A stretch of DNA of 37,309 bases from Bacteroidia bacterium. Its GTDB lineage: Bacteria > Bacteroidota > Bacteroidia > UKL13-3. The DNA lies in the NCBI GenBank assembly GCA_044337585.1, contig JBIINH010000004.1:1-37309 (forward strand), read 5' to 3'. Positions within the stretch are counted from its first letter, which is position 1, and every line of letters begins with the position of its first letter. Under the pieces are notes generated by a model. The model was not told where the DNA came from. It did no database searches and saw only the letters and a list, made by a program, of their open reading frames with translations. A program made the position numbers and the translations under genes. Positions 1-9,982 of the stretch are shown one piece after another.

Positions 1-2
1 GT

Positions 3-3000
3 GGCGCTATCGTAAATAAGAATGGATATTTTTCGAATGCTGCCAATTACAACGCAATGAATTATTTGGGTACAAATTACCCTACCTATAATAACTGGAG
101 AACATTTATTAATACAATAGATCAAATGAGTAGTGACTTCAATCCATTATTTACAGACGCTGCCAATGCAGATTTTAGACCACGTGAAGGATGGTATGCA
201 GGAAATGGAGATACCATTGCTGTTGTAACTTCATATTATAACGGTGTCACTAGAACTTTACCAGTAGATATTGGGGCATTTCAAGCCAATCCTTTGATGC
301 TGGATGTGGCGGCAGGCAATTTAATTCTACCAACAACTCCTTTTGCAGCCGGTTCGCAACCTATTTCTGTTACCATTCGTAATGGAGGAGTTGCGACTAT
401 TACTTCAGCAATAATTGATTGGACAGTGAACGGTGTGCCTCAAACACCGTTAACATTTACAGGCTCCTTGCTCCCTGGAACATTTTCGGCACCAATTTTA
501 TTGGGAACTCTAACAGTTGCTCAAGGACTGTTATATAATATTTCAGCAACAGTAAGTGCACCAAATTCATCAATAGATGGTAACCTTACAAATAATACTA
601 TAACAGGCCAGACCGCAGCTTTGCTTCCAGGTGGAACATATACCATTAATGCAGGAGGAGTTGGTGCTACCAACTTTACTTCGTTGGGAGCATTTACCAA
701 TATAGTAAACATAGGAGGCATTGGTGGAGCCATAACAATTAACTATGTAGCAAACTCCGGCCCTTATACTGAACAGGTATTTTTCAGGGCCATTTCCGGA
801 TTATCAGGCATCAATAATATTACAGTGAATGGAAATGGAGAATTCGTTCAATTCAATAACCTTGATGCTAGCAGCATAGGTATCATCAATTTATTGGGTA
901 CCGATTATGTTACTTTCAATGGATTAAATGTAAGAAGTCTAAACCCATCAAATGGAATTGGATACCTTTTATCTGCAGGTGCAGATTCAATTAATATTCT
1001 AAATTGTACAATCGATATTTCATCTGTTACTGGCAGTTTAAATAGTGCCGGAATTGCGGTTACAGCTGCTTTAAATTCACCAACAACCAACGGACCAAAC
1101 GTGGGACGATTTAATAGGTTTGAAAATAACACCATAACAGGTAGTGGAACAGGTGGCCCGTTCTATGCCATCTCTATTTCATGTCATAACTCTTCTTCAG
1201 GGCCTAATAATGGATATGTTGTCCGCAATAATATCATGCGTGACTTTACTTCTTATGGAATCTATTTGTATGGAACGATAGGAAGTATTATTTCAGGAAA
1301 TGTAATGTCTAGACCTAGTCGTAACTTCAATACTACGATTTATGGTATTTATGGCATTCAATTTATGAGTGGAGACACTATCGAAAACAACCGCATATTT
1401 AAACCTTTTGACGCAATCCAAACCTCGACCAGTCAGTTTTATGGGATGTACTTTATTGCAACAAATACGCCATCAAATCGTCCATTAATTGTCAAAAATA
1501 ATTTGATTTATGATATCAAATCAAACGGTGCGATTTATGGGTTTTATTCACTAGTAAGTAATAGTATCCGTTTCTATCATAATACTATTGAGTTTGACCA
1601 TATAGCAAGTACATCTACTCAACCAGCGAGTCATGTTTATGTAAGTTCATCAGCTACTGGACTTATTTATAGAAATAATATATTCTTAATGAATAGAGGC
1701 GGAACAGGAGCAAAGCATCTGATATACCTTACCAATACCGGAACAATAGCCAATTACTTATTTACAAATAACTGCTATCATTTAAAAGTGCCAGCAGGAG
1801 GAGGTACAAGTAACCATATTGGCTTCTATAATGCAGCTAACCGCACATTACTTTCTGACTGGGTGACAGCAACAGGATTTGATTCAAGCAGCACAAATGC
1901 AGATCCCAAATTCCGTACTTTTCTTTTAAATGCACCTTTAACACCAGGTAATGATTCCCTCAATAACAGAGCATTTAATGTGAATACAGAAGTACAGCGT
2001 GATGTTGCTGGTTTCTTAAGAAGTGCTACTCCAGATATTGGTGCATATGAATTCATTGTTCCAGCTGCTGATGCTGGGTTAGTTAAATTTACTGCGCCAG
2101 TGATTAGAAGTGTTTCATTGTTTTCGTCTGTGAATGTTGATGTGCAATTAAAGAATTTTGGTGCAGCTCCACTTTCTACAGTTGATTTAAATTGGAGAGT
2201 AGATACCAATGCTATGACTGGAACCACTTGGTCAGGAACATTGGCACCTGATGATACCGTTAATACTGCATTAGGCTCATTTTTTGTATCAGTAGATGGA
2301 TTATACTCAGTCAAAGCGTGGTCTTCAAATCCTAATTTCATAACAGATAGTATCAGAATCAATGACACCATCAATACATTCTTTTGTACTCCTTTATCTG
2401 GCATTGTTACATTAAACCCAACATTACCACTCTCGTCTACTAATGTAACATCTTGGCAAGAGCTTGGCTCATTGCTATCTGTTTGTGGTGTCAATGGTCC
2501 ATTAACAGTAAACGTGTCATCAGGAACATACAATAGTTTTTTTAACCTGACTTCTATCCCAGGTGCAAGTTCAACAAATAGAATAACCATCAATGGCTTT
2601 GATAGTGCTACCTGTGTGTTAACATATAATGGTGCATTGCAGCGTCCAACCATGTTATTAAATGGTGCGAAATATCTAGAGTTTAGAAATATCAAGTTCG
2701 TAACAACTGCAACATCTACTGGCACGGCCGTTCAATTGATTAGCAATGCTGATAGCAATACTTTTGTACGATGCGCTTTTGTTGCTCCTACACAAACAGT
2801 TATTAATTTAAATGTTAATGCATTTGTTGCATCAGGTTCAATAATTTCACCTACAGCACTTGGCAACTCTGCAAATAACCTTCTTATTGATAGCTGTAGT
2901 GCCATTGGAGGATATTTTGGAATTGATTTGTATGGAACAACTTCACCCAAAGCATTAAATAACATTGTGCGCAATTCATTTGTAAACGGACCATCTCAAT

Positions 3001-6000
3001 ACGGTATTTATACAAACTTCCAAAATGGAGTAAAAATTATCAATAACCGAATCCTCAATGTAGGTTTCTTTGCCAACAATCTTAGTACAGTAATGGCTTC
3101 TATTTCTGTGTTGAACTCAGATAATGCAAATGAAGCTGTACGAAATGAAATACAAAATATGCCTGCAGGAAGGGGTATTGAATTTGTCACAAATCTGGGA
3201 ACCAATACAAACCGTCAAATTATTGCCAATAATATAATTAACATAGGTCTTGCTACAAACATCACTTACGGTGTATTTGAATCTAATAATGCCTTTCTTG
3301 ATTTGGCATTTAATGCTGTAAAATTGAATACTGGCGATCAGTCTTATGCCGGTGCTGCGCTTTATACCAACAATACATCAACAACATATTCTAACGTGCG
3401 TATTGTTAATAATATTTTCGCTGCACCATCAGGAACATTAGCAGCATATGCAGTGAATGCGACCAATATGAATGCAGCCACTTATACAATGAACAATAAT
3501 GTCTATTTTTCATCAGGAACGTTTCCTTTTCGTCACGGTGGATTTATTACACCAACATTGGCAAACTTTTCAACTGCAGGTAATATGATGGGTCCATTGG
3601 TAGGAAACAATATCAATAGTCAATTTTTATTGCCAACATTCTTCTCAAGCACCAACTTACGTTCAATAAGTCCCGAACTTGATGATTCTGCATTCTTTCT
3701 AACAACAGTAACAACTGATGTAGACGGAAAAGTAAGAAGCACATCAACACCAGATATTGGCGTATTTGAATTTACTCGTCCGGCTGCAGATGCTGGAGTG
3801 TTAAGAATAACGTCTCCGGTTAAGCCGCTTATTACAGGATTAAATGATATTGTTGTTATTATTAAAAATTACGGAGTAAGCACCATCACAACAGCAAACG
3901 TACATTACAATATAGATACCGTTACACATGTAAAAGCTTACACAGGTACATTGGCACCTGGAGCAATAGATACTGTGAGGTTCGACTCAACAAGTGGTCC
4001 TTCAGGTTCAAGCCAACAGTTTAACTTTGGTTCTCAGTTTGTATCAATCAAAGCATGGACATCTGCTCCAAACTCAGTTGTAGATTCACTTAATTTAAAT
4101 GATACAGCATTTGCAGGAATTTGTGGAAGCTTAAGTGGCAATTATACCATTAACCCGGCAGGTTCTGGTTCAACTAACTTCACCAGCATACAAGCTGCCG
4201 TAGATAGAATGAACTGCGGTGGTGTATCTGGTCCGGTTGAGTTCGCAATTTCACCTGGAACGTACAATGGCCCATTTGATATTCCATATATTTTTGGAGC
4301 AAGTTTAACCAATACAATTACTTTCCGATCTGCTAACAATAACGCAGCATCAGTAACGCTTACGAATACTTCGCCAACCGCTGCTACTAACTTTGTGTTG
4401 CGTTTATTTGGAACACAGTTCGTTAGATTGAATCGTATTACATTCTCTACAAATAATCCATCATTTGGTAGGCTATTGGTAATTGCAAAAGATCTTAACA
4501 ATAACCTTAATGTGCAAGAATTAAATGTTCGAAACTGTATATTTAACGGTACCAATACAACATCTACTGCAGATGCACTTGCATTGGTATTTGGTCCAAA
4601 TGGTGATAATGCTACATTTTTAAATTTTATAGGCAATGCATTTACAAATGGCTCACACGGAATTTGGATTGGTGGGCAGAATATTGTTAATCAAAATGCT
4701 TTTGGCTTTGTTGCCGATAGCAATATTTTCGAGAATCAATATTACTCAGCTATTTGGTTGCAAAATCGTTTTTCTACATTCATACGTAGCAATGTTATTA
4801 ATCTAAATCCAGGTTTTGTTGGCAGTTATGGTATATACATGCTAGGTGTAGGACAAGAAAGTGAAATAAGTTATAACCGCGTTAATAATCAAGGTGGATA
4901 TTATGGTATTAGCATTCAACAAAATGCTTATTATGATGCACCTGGTTTACATACTGTAAAAAACAATACCATATGGACGCAAAATACTTCATTGAATTAT
5001 GGATTGTTTGTAACCAACAGCAATAAGATGCGTATTTATAACAATACTATTCGCATGGCGTCATCATCTTCTGCTTTTGGTTTTTATTTACAAGGTCATG
5101 CTTCGTTTTTTACTGGTTCTACATCCTATCCAGCATCTTATGACATTATGTTTATAAATAATATCGTGCAAGGGGCTCAATCAAGTACAGGCACATTTGG
5201 TATCTACACTACCAACGCTCAAGCAAATACTTCCCTTGTCAATATTAATAATAACTTGTATTTCTCTGCATCAACAAACGTGATGTTTTTAAATGGAACT
5301 AACTATACAGCAGCCAACTTCTATAGTACATATCGCAGGGCGTTGAATCCTAATTTTGAAAGCCGTTCAATGTTTGGGCAACTTACATTTGCATCAGGTT
5401 CAAGTCTTAAAGCAAACGAAACAAATCCAAGCGTATGGCTTGCAAATGGAAGGGCACAACATTTGTTCTTTGTAAATAACGATATTGATGGCAATCAAAG
5501 AAGTATTGATGTACTTACAGGTATGCCAGATATTGGTGCACACCAATTGACACCAAATGCAATACCCGATGCAACAACAATTAGCGGCACTATTGGCACC
5601 GGAAATACTCAACATATAATTCAGTATGGAGATACATTGGCTACTATAAACTGGGGATTCTCTGGAACTTTGCCTAGTTCAATAATCGCTCGCCATTATC
5701 CTGGTTCATTGATAAGTCATCCTAACTTATTTGGTATGACAAACTTGACAAATAAAATGGATGAATTTATTAGAGTTAACAGAACTGGTGGTAGTTTCTT
5801 CGATTATAGCATTACCTATCGTTTTGATTCTACACGTTTAGGGACAGTAAATTCACAAACAGATTTGAAAATGGCTCACAAAATTGATACTGTTTGGACC
5901 AACTATCCATTTACTTTAACTACAGTTGATACTGTGGCAAATACATTTAGTGTAACAGGTTTAGCTGAATTTGGTGATTTTACTGGAACTGACGATATTA

Positions 6001-6578
6001 ATCCTTTACCTGTTCAAATTAGTCGTTTCGAAGCGATGAGAAGAGGAGCTGATGCCGAATTGATATGGACAACTGCATCTGAAATTAATGCATCACATTT
6101 TGTAATAGAACGAAGCGTAAACAACAAAGATTGGGATGCAGTAGGTAAGGTTTCTAGCAAAAATGGAAATTCAAATACAACTCAGTCTTATATCTTCCTT
6201 GATGTTAATGTTCAACAAACTTCTGGAGCTTCGTTAGTATACTATCGCTTAAGAGCTGTAGATATTGACGGAACATCAGAGATAACTCCAACTAGAAAAG
6301 TAAATTTCGAAAGTCGAATTGGCGAAAGAGAAATAAGTGTTTATCCAAACCCATTCAGAAACCAAATCACATTAAACATCAATAGTACAGTTGATACAGA
6401 TGCAACGATTAATGTTTATGACATTTATGGAAAACGCGTTTTACAATTTACTAGATCAATTGTGTATGGCGAAAATGGAATTATTATCAATGATTTAAAT
6501 ATTCTAAAACAAGGTATGTATATTGTTAAAGTTTCCATAGACGGAAAAGAACAAGCAGCAAAGTTGATTAAAGAATAA
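3..6578 (+). CDS. Giant T9SS type A sorting-domain protein with repeated right-handed beta-helix and CARDB/Ig-like modules (5'-truncated by window)
   Basis: Frame is open from position 3 (GAIVNKNGYF...) into the ATG at 57, so the true start lies upstream. N/T/G/S-rich beta-helix strands (IxNNxI). Four (P/V)DIGx(F/Y/H) motifs. Pre-CTD Ig domain 'PLPVQISRFEA...WTTASEIN...ERS'. CTD 'SVYPNPF...INVYDIYGK...LKQGMYIVKV...KLIKE*'. Confidence 0.9.
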   Translation, partial: GAIVNKNGYFSNAANYNAMNYLGTNYPTYNNWRTFINTIDQMSSDFNPLFTDAANADFRPREGWYAGNGDTIAVVTSYYNGVTRTLPVDIGAFQANPLMLDVAAGNLILPTTPFAAGSQPISVTIRNGGVATITSAIIDWTVNGVPQTPLTFTGSLLPGTFSAPILLGTLTVAQGLLYNISATVSAPNSSIDGNLTNNTITGQTAALLPGGTYTINAGGVGATNFTSLGAFTNIVNIGGIGGAITINYVANSGPYTEQVFFRAISGLSGINNITVNGNGEFVQFNNLDASSIGIINLLGTDYVTFNGLNVRSLNPSNGIGYLLSAGADSINILNCTIDISSVTGSLNSAGIAVTAALNSPTTNGPNVGRFNRFENNTITGSGTGGPFYAISISCHNSSSGPNNGYVVRNNIMRDFTSYGIYLYGTIGSIISGNVMSRPSRNFNTTIYGIYGIQFMSGDTIENNRIFKPFDAIQTSTSQFYGMYFIATNTPSNRPLIVKNNLIYDIKSNGAIYGFYSLVSNSIRFYHNTIEFDHIASTSTQPASHVYVSSSATGLIYRNNIFLMNRGGTGAKHLIYLTNTGTIANYLFTNNCYHLKVPAGGGTSNHIGFYNAANRTLLSDWVTATGFDSSSTNADPKFRTFLLNAPLTPGNDSLNNRAFNVNTEVQRDVAGFLRSATPDIGAYEFIVPAADAGLVKFTAPVIRSVSLFSSVNVDVQLKNFGAAPLSTVDLNWRVDTNAMTGTTWSGTLAPDDTVNTALGSFFVSVDGLYSVKAWSSNPNFITDSIRINDTINTFFCTPLSGIVTLNPTLPLSSTNVTSWQELGSLLSVCGVNGPLTVNVSSGTYNSFFNLTSIPGASSTNRITINGFDSATCVLTYNGALQRPTMLLNGAKYLEFRNIKFVTTATSTGTAVQLISNADSNTFVRCAFVAPTQTVINLNVNAFVASGSIISPTALGNSANNLLIDSCSAIGGYFGIDLYGTTSPKALNNIVRNSFVNGPSQYGIYTNFQNGVKIINNRILNVGFFANNLSTVMASISVLNSDNANEAVRNEIQNMPAGRGIEFVTNLGTNTNRQIIANNIINIGLATNITYGVFESNNAFLDLAFNAVKLNTGDQSYAGAALYTNNTSTTYSNVRIVNNIFAAPSGTLAAYAVNATNMNAATYTMNNNVYFSSGTFPFRHGGFITPTLANFSTAGNMMGPLVGNNINSQFLLPTFFSSTNLRSISPELDDSAFFLTTVTTDVDGKVRSTSTPDIGVFEFTRPAADAGVLRITSPVKPLITGLNDIVVIIKNYGVSTITTANVHYNIDTVTHVKAYTGTLAPGAIDTVRFDSTSGPSGSSQQFNFGSQFVSIKAWTSAPNSVVDSLNLNDTAFAGICGSLSGNYTINPAGSGSTNFTSIQAAVDRMNCGGVSGPVEFAISPGTYNGPFDIPYIFGASLTNTITFRSANNNAASVTLTNTSPTAATNFVLRLFGTQFVRLNRITFSTNNPSFGRLLVIAKDLNNNLNVQELNVRNCIFNGTNTTSTADALALVFGPNGDNATFLNFIGNAFTNGSHGIWIGGQNIVNQNAFGFVADSNIFENQYYSAIWLQNRFSTFIRSNVINLNPGFVGSYGIYMLGVGQESEISYNRVNNQGGYYGISIQQNAYYDAPGLHTVKNNTIWTQNTSLNYGLFVTNSNKMRIYNNTIRMASSSSAFGFYLQGHASFFTGSTSYPASYDIMFINNIVQGAQSSTGTFGIYTTNAQANTSLVNINNNLYFSASTNVMFLNGTNYTAANFYSTYRRALNPNFESRSMFGQLTFASGSSLKANETNPSVWLANGRAQHLFFVNNDIDGNQRSIDVLTGMPDIGAHQLTPNAIPDATTISGTIGTGNTQHIIQYGDTLATINWGFSGTLPSSIIARHYPGSLISHPNLFGMTNLTNKMDEFIRVNRTGGSFFDYSITYRFDSTRLGTVNSQTDLKMAHKIDTVWTNYPFTLTTVDTVANTFSVTGLAEFGDFTGTDDINPLPVQISRFEAMRRGADAELIWTTASEINASHFVIERSVNNKDWDAVGKVSSKNGNSNTTQSYIFLDVNVQQTSGASLVYYRLRAVDIDGTSEITPTRKVNFESRIGEREISVYPNPFRNQITLNINSTVDTDATINVYDIYGKRVLQFTRSIVYGENGIIINDLNILKQGMYIVKVSIDGKEQAAKLIKE
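261..5550 (+). repeat. Degenerate protein-level tandem repeat, period ~1.72-1.78 kb (~585 aa)
   Basis: PVDIGAFQ (~261), PDIGAYEF (~2031), PDIGVFEF (~3750) and PDIGAHQL (~5526). The first three are each followed by a D(A/V)x...VxI(R/K)NxG Ig domain and a G(T/I/N)(Y/V)T(I/L)N...TN(F/V)TS motif. Confidence 0.8.
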
Positions 6579-6595
6579 TAAGTTCGTTATATTTC

Positions 6596-6633
6596 ATAGA
6601 AAAAGGTTGGTAGAGATACCAACCTTTTTCTAT
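6596..6633. terminator. Bidirectional intrinsic terminator after the giant T9SS gene
   Basis: Perfect 17-bp inverted repeat ATAGAAAAAGGTTGGTA-GAGA-TACCAACCTTTTTCTAT, 17 nt after the stop, with A/T tracts on both sides. Confidence 0.85.
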
Positions 6634-6688
6634 TAGCATTTAAATACAACCATATCTAATTTTGCAGTAGGTAGAAAAAATGGACTAT

Positions 6689-6726
6689 AAAAAAAGGGTC
6701 TCAGACTAAATTATCTGAGACCCTTT
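6689..6726 (-). terminator. Intrinsic terminator of tRNA-Val
   Basis: 13-bp stem AAAGGGTCTCAGA/TCTGAGACCCTTT (6693-6726), followed on the minus strand by a T-run, just downstream of the tRNA 3' end. Confidence 0.8.
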
Positions 6727-6734
6727 GTATTTTG

Positions 6735-6809
6735 TGGAGGCTATAGGATTCGAACCTATGACCCTCTGCTTGTAAGGCAGATGCTCTAAACCAGCTGAGC
6801 TAAGCCTCC
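6735..6809 (-). tRNA. tRNA-Val(TAC), CCA not encoded
   Basis: Reverse complement GGAGGCTTAGCTCAGCTGGTTTAGAGCATCTGCCTTACAAGCAGAGGGTCATAGGTTCGAATCCTATAGCCTCCA: acceptor stem GGAGGCT/AGCCTCC, D-arm, anticodon loop CT-TAC-AA, GGTTCGAATCC T-loop. Confidence 0.97.
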
Positions 6810-6825
6810 TTATATTAAGGGAGTG

Positions 6826-6855
6826 CAAAGATATCAATGGATAGACAATTTGCAA
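6826..6855 (-). promoter_or_regulatory. Bacteroidota sigma-A promoter for tRNA-Val
   Basis: Minus-strand TATCTTTG (-7 box, 6826-6833) with TTG (6853-6855) 19 nt upstream; matches the TTG-N19-21-TAnnTTTG consensus. Confidence 0.75.
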
Positions 6856-6993
6856 GTAATCTGGAAAAAAATATCAGATATTCTAATTTTCAAGGTTTTG
6901 GGATTAGTAAATCAATAATTTCATCAACCAAATCACGTTAATAACATGGCATCTTGAACAGTTAAAGACACCATATATTTGGACAAATTTAAA

Positions 6994-9435
6994 ATGAGTA
7001 AGTCAACAAAAAATATAATTGTAGTGTTTGCTTCAGTGCTATTGTTAGCTGCCAGTATTGCACTATGGGCATATTCAAACCGTGACGAAATAAAGCAGTA
7101 TGTATTAACTGAAATCAATAAGTCATTAAAAACAAATATTAAGGTCGAAAGTATTCGTATTGATTTGTTTAAGCAGTTTCCAAAAGTTGGATTAAATTTT
7201 AGCGGAGTATGGGTAGAAGATGCATTTAAGAGTGATCAACCACTAATGGTAGCAGAACATGTTTATCTAGGGTTTAATTTTTGGAATATTGTTAATCACA
7301 ATTATAAAATACAACAAATCACTATAGAAAATGGGCAAATTGCATTGTCTTATGATAAATCTGATCAGCCTAATTTTGCCATATTTACAGAAGGTAGTGA
7401 CACATCTGAAATGGTTTTAAACCTTCAGAAAATTACATTAAATAATGTCGAATTTAAATATTTAAGAAAATCACTGAAGCAAGACATTAGGTTAACATTT
7501 CTTAATCAAGATGCACGGATAGATATTTCAGATACAAAAACGAGTCTTCAATTTATTGGATCTGCAACTGTTGCAAAAGTTAAGATAGATAAGACCAATT
7601 GGATTAAGGAAAAACTCATGGAAATTGATGCCTCAATGGTTTATATCGCCTCGTCTCAAACATTTATCTTTGATATACCTAAGTTATTAATTGGGAAACT
7701 AAATTTAAACGTAGATGGCAATTATATTTTTGGAAAAAGTAGAGATGAAATCGATTTGCGTATAAATACGAATAAGGTTGACATTCCTGCGATTCTAAGT
7801 ATGCTACCTATTAAACCTGAAATTATCGAAGAATGGGATGGAGACGGATTTGTGAAAATATCGGGTAACATTAAAGGTAGAGTAGGTGCCCAAAATACTC
7901 CGAATATTGATTTTGCTTTTGATGTTGATAACGGCACCCTTGTCCGTAAAAAAGATAAATTTACACTTTCACATATTACCACTAAAGCAAAACTGTCTAT
8001 AACCAAATCGCAATCAATTTTGGAGTTAGAAAAGCTATCATTAAGCATGAATAACTCTACAATGAATGGCTCACTTAAAATAGCGAACTTCAATAATGCT
8101 TATATCGAATCAAAAGTAAATATAAAAATGGATGCAACTGATTTTGCAGCATTGGCAGGCTTTGCAAATCATCAAGAAGTGTTTGGAAATATCGACTCAG
8201 ACATAGAAGTGAAAGGCTACCTAAAAGATTTAATTGACGAGAATAAAATTTTACAATCAGATATAAAAGGCAGTGCCTCATGGAATCTTAAAAATTTACA
8301 ACCCACATTTTCTAAGAATAAAATAATTGAAACAGCTGCGAATATTACTATCGGAAACTTTATTTCTATTCACTCTTTAACAGTTAAAACACAAACATCT
8401 TCAATTGTTGCTAATGGTATAATCAATAACCTTGCTGGGTATGTATTGGAGAATAAAAAATTAGATGTGAAGTTGAATCTTACAACTGATTATTTGAATT
8501 TAAATGATTGGAACTTTATATCAGAAGGTAGTGATGAAGATGAAAAATATAAACCATATGAAATTGTATTAATTTCAAAAGTTGATCGCTTTCATTACAA
8601 TAAAATTGAAGCGAGTTCTGTTCGAGCCATAGTTAACATTTCACCAAATTCGATTAATATTCAGTCGCTAGAAGCAAATGCTTTTGAAGGAAAAGTTAGA
8701 GGAGAGGTTACTTTATTCAATAACCCTAATGGATACACCATAAAGAATAATTTTGTAGTTGATAATGCTAATTTAAAAACCCTGTTTAGGCAATGCGAAA
8801 ATTTTTATCAGCAAGAAATTACAGATAAAAATCTTTCAGGTAATGTATCCGGAAATCTTCAAATGGTATCTAATTGGGATACGTTGTTGCGATGTGACTA
8901 CCCAACAATCAATGCACTATTGGAACTAGATGTCACAGAAGGTAATATTATAAACTACGAACCGTTATCCAATTTATCGAAGTTTGCAGATATAGAAGAC
9001 TTGAAAAATTTGAAAATTGCAACGCTGAAGACAACTATTTATATTAAAGACAATAAAATACAAATTCCTGAGACTGATATCGTAAACAACGCATTAAACC
9101 TTAGCATATATGGTTTTTATAGATTTGATGGATACATGGATTATCATGTAAAGGTTAAGCTTTCAGAATTGCTCATTAAGAAACGAAAGGTTAAAGTACC
9201 AACAGAATTTGAAGAGGAAACTGAAAATAAAGGAATGTATGTTTATTTGGTGATGCAAGGAACCTCTGATAATTTAAAAATTTACTATGATAAATTGTCG
9301 GCAAAGAAAAAAGTCAAGCAAGATTTGCAAACAGAGAAATCGACTATAAAGGAAGCATTCAAAAAGGAGTTTATAAAAGAAAAAAGTCCTGTAAAGGAAA
9401 CTGACTCAAAAGATTTAGAATTTGAAATAGAATGA
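6994..9435 (+). CDS. AsmA-family (AsmA-like C-terminal region) periplasm-spanning protein
   Basis: N-terminal TM anchor, then 'EINKSLKTNIKVESIRIDLFKQFPKVGLNF', long beta-rich body, and C-terminal 'NNALNLSIYG...FDGYMDYHVKVKLSELL'. ATG at 6994 is preferred over TTG at 6979 because a TATATTTG promoter box lies at 6974-6981. Confidence 0.8.
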   Translation: MSKSTKNIIVVFASVLLLAASIALWAYSNRDEIKQYVLTEINKSLKTNIKVESIRIDLFKQFPKVGLNFSGVWVEDAFKSDQPLMVAEHVYLGFNFWNIVNHNYKIQQITIENGQIALSYDKSDQPNFAIFTEGSDTSEMVLNLQKITLNNVEFKYLRKSLKQDIRLTFLNQDARIDISDTKTSLQFIGSATVAKVKIDKTNWIKEKLMEIDASMVYIASSQTFIFDIPKLLIGKLNLNVDGNYIFGKSRDEIDLRINTNKVDIPAILSMLPIKPEIIEEWDGDGFVKISGNIKGRVGAQNTPNIDFAFDVDNGTLVRKKDKFTLSHITTKAKLSITKSQSILELEKLSLSMNNSTMNGSLKIANFNNAYIESKVNIKMDATDFAALAGFANHQEVFGNIDSDIEVKGYLKDLIDENKILQSDIKGSASWNLKNLQPTFSKNKIIETAANITIGNFISIHSLTVKTQTSSIVANGIINNLAGYVLENKKLDVKLNLTTDYLNLNDWNFISEGSDEDEKYKPYEIVLISKVDRFHYNKIEASSVRAIVNISPNSINIQSLEANAFEGKVRGEVTLFNNPNGYTIKNNFVVDNANLKTLFRQCENFYQQEITDKNLSGNVSGNLQMVSNWDTLLRCDYPTINALLELDVTEGNIINYEPLSNLSKFADIEDLKNLKIATLKTTIYIKDNKIQIPETDIVNNALNLSIYGFYRFDGYMDYHVKVKLSELLIKKRKVKVPTEFEEETENKGMYVYLVMQGTSDNLKIYYDKLSAKKKVKQDLQTEKSTIKEAFKKEFIKEKSPVKETDSKDLEFEIE

Positions 9436-9440
9436 TAATA

Positions 9441-9977
9441 ATGGAAAAAGAATTAGGAATAGGCTCAAGGGTTTCGCATCCCAACTACGGAAATGGCGTG
9501 GTAATTAATACAAAATCGAATCTATATTCAATTGTATTTATTGACTATGGACGTAAAGACATTAGCAAAGATCAGAATCAACTCGAAATTGTTGAGTTAA
9601 TAGAATCGCCTGACGACCTTATTAGCAGCGCAGATGTAGAAAGAAGTTTGATTCAAATATTGAAGCGATGGAGCGATATACAAGAAGATGTGAGTTTAGG
9701 CAGCAAATGGCTTGGCGGAAAAATGATATTGCAACCAGCTGATAGAAATGTTCAGGGCAAAGAAATTCCGATTGAAACATTTTTTCATAAAATAGTGATG
9801 TTACGAGATAGGCTTCGTGTAATGGAACAACGCATTAATGCGCATGAAAAATTGACAGATGAAGATAAGGTAAATATGCAACAATATATTACCCGAATAT
9901 ATGGGTCTCTAACCTCTTTTAATATCCTTTTCAAATTTCCACATGATCATTTCGTTGGAGAAAAGGGTAAGGAGTAA
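9441..9977 (+). CDS. Conserved hypothetical protein with N-terminal Tudor/SH3-like motif
   Basis: 'LGIGSRVSHPNYGNGVVI' resembles the GxxVxHxxFGxGxV motif. Helical C-terminus 'FFHKIVMLRDRLRVMEQRINAH'. Start at 9432 (ATGA overlap) or 9441. Confidence 0.75.
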   Translation: MEKELGIGSRVSHPNYGNGVVINTKSNLYSIVFIDYGRKDISKDQNQLEIVELIESPDDLISSADVERSLIQILKRWSDIQEDVSLGSKWLGGKMILQPADRNVQGKEIPIETFFHKIVMLRDRLRVMEQRINAHEKLTDEDKVNMQQYITRIYGSLTSFNILFKFPHDHFVGEKGKE

Positions 9978-9982
9978 ATGTT

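Noticed and set aside
521-5615. Several minus-strand ORFs (up to 299 aa) inside the giant T9SS gene, and similar shadow ORFs elsewhere in the window
   Set aside because: They are antisense shadows of well-supported genes, caused by codon bias, and carry no recognisable motifs.
6596-6809. tRNA-Val 3' end facing a giant accessory-looking gene, as a possible island integration site
   Set aside because: No integrase and no duplicated tRNA 3' fragment (att) is visible in the window; the tRNA's own terminator is intact.
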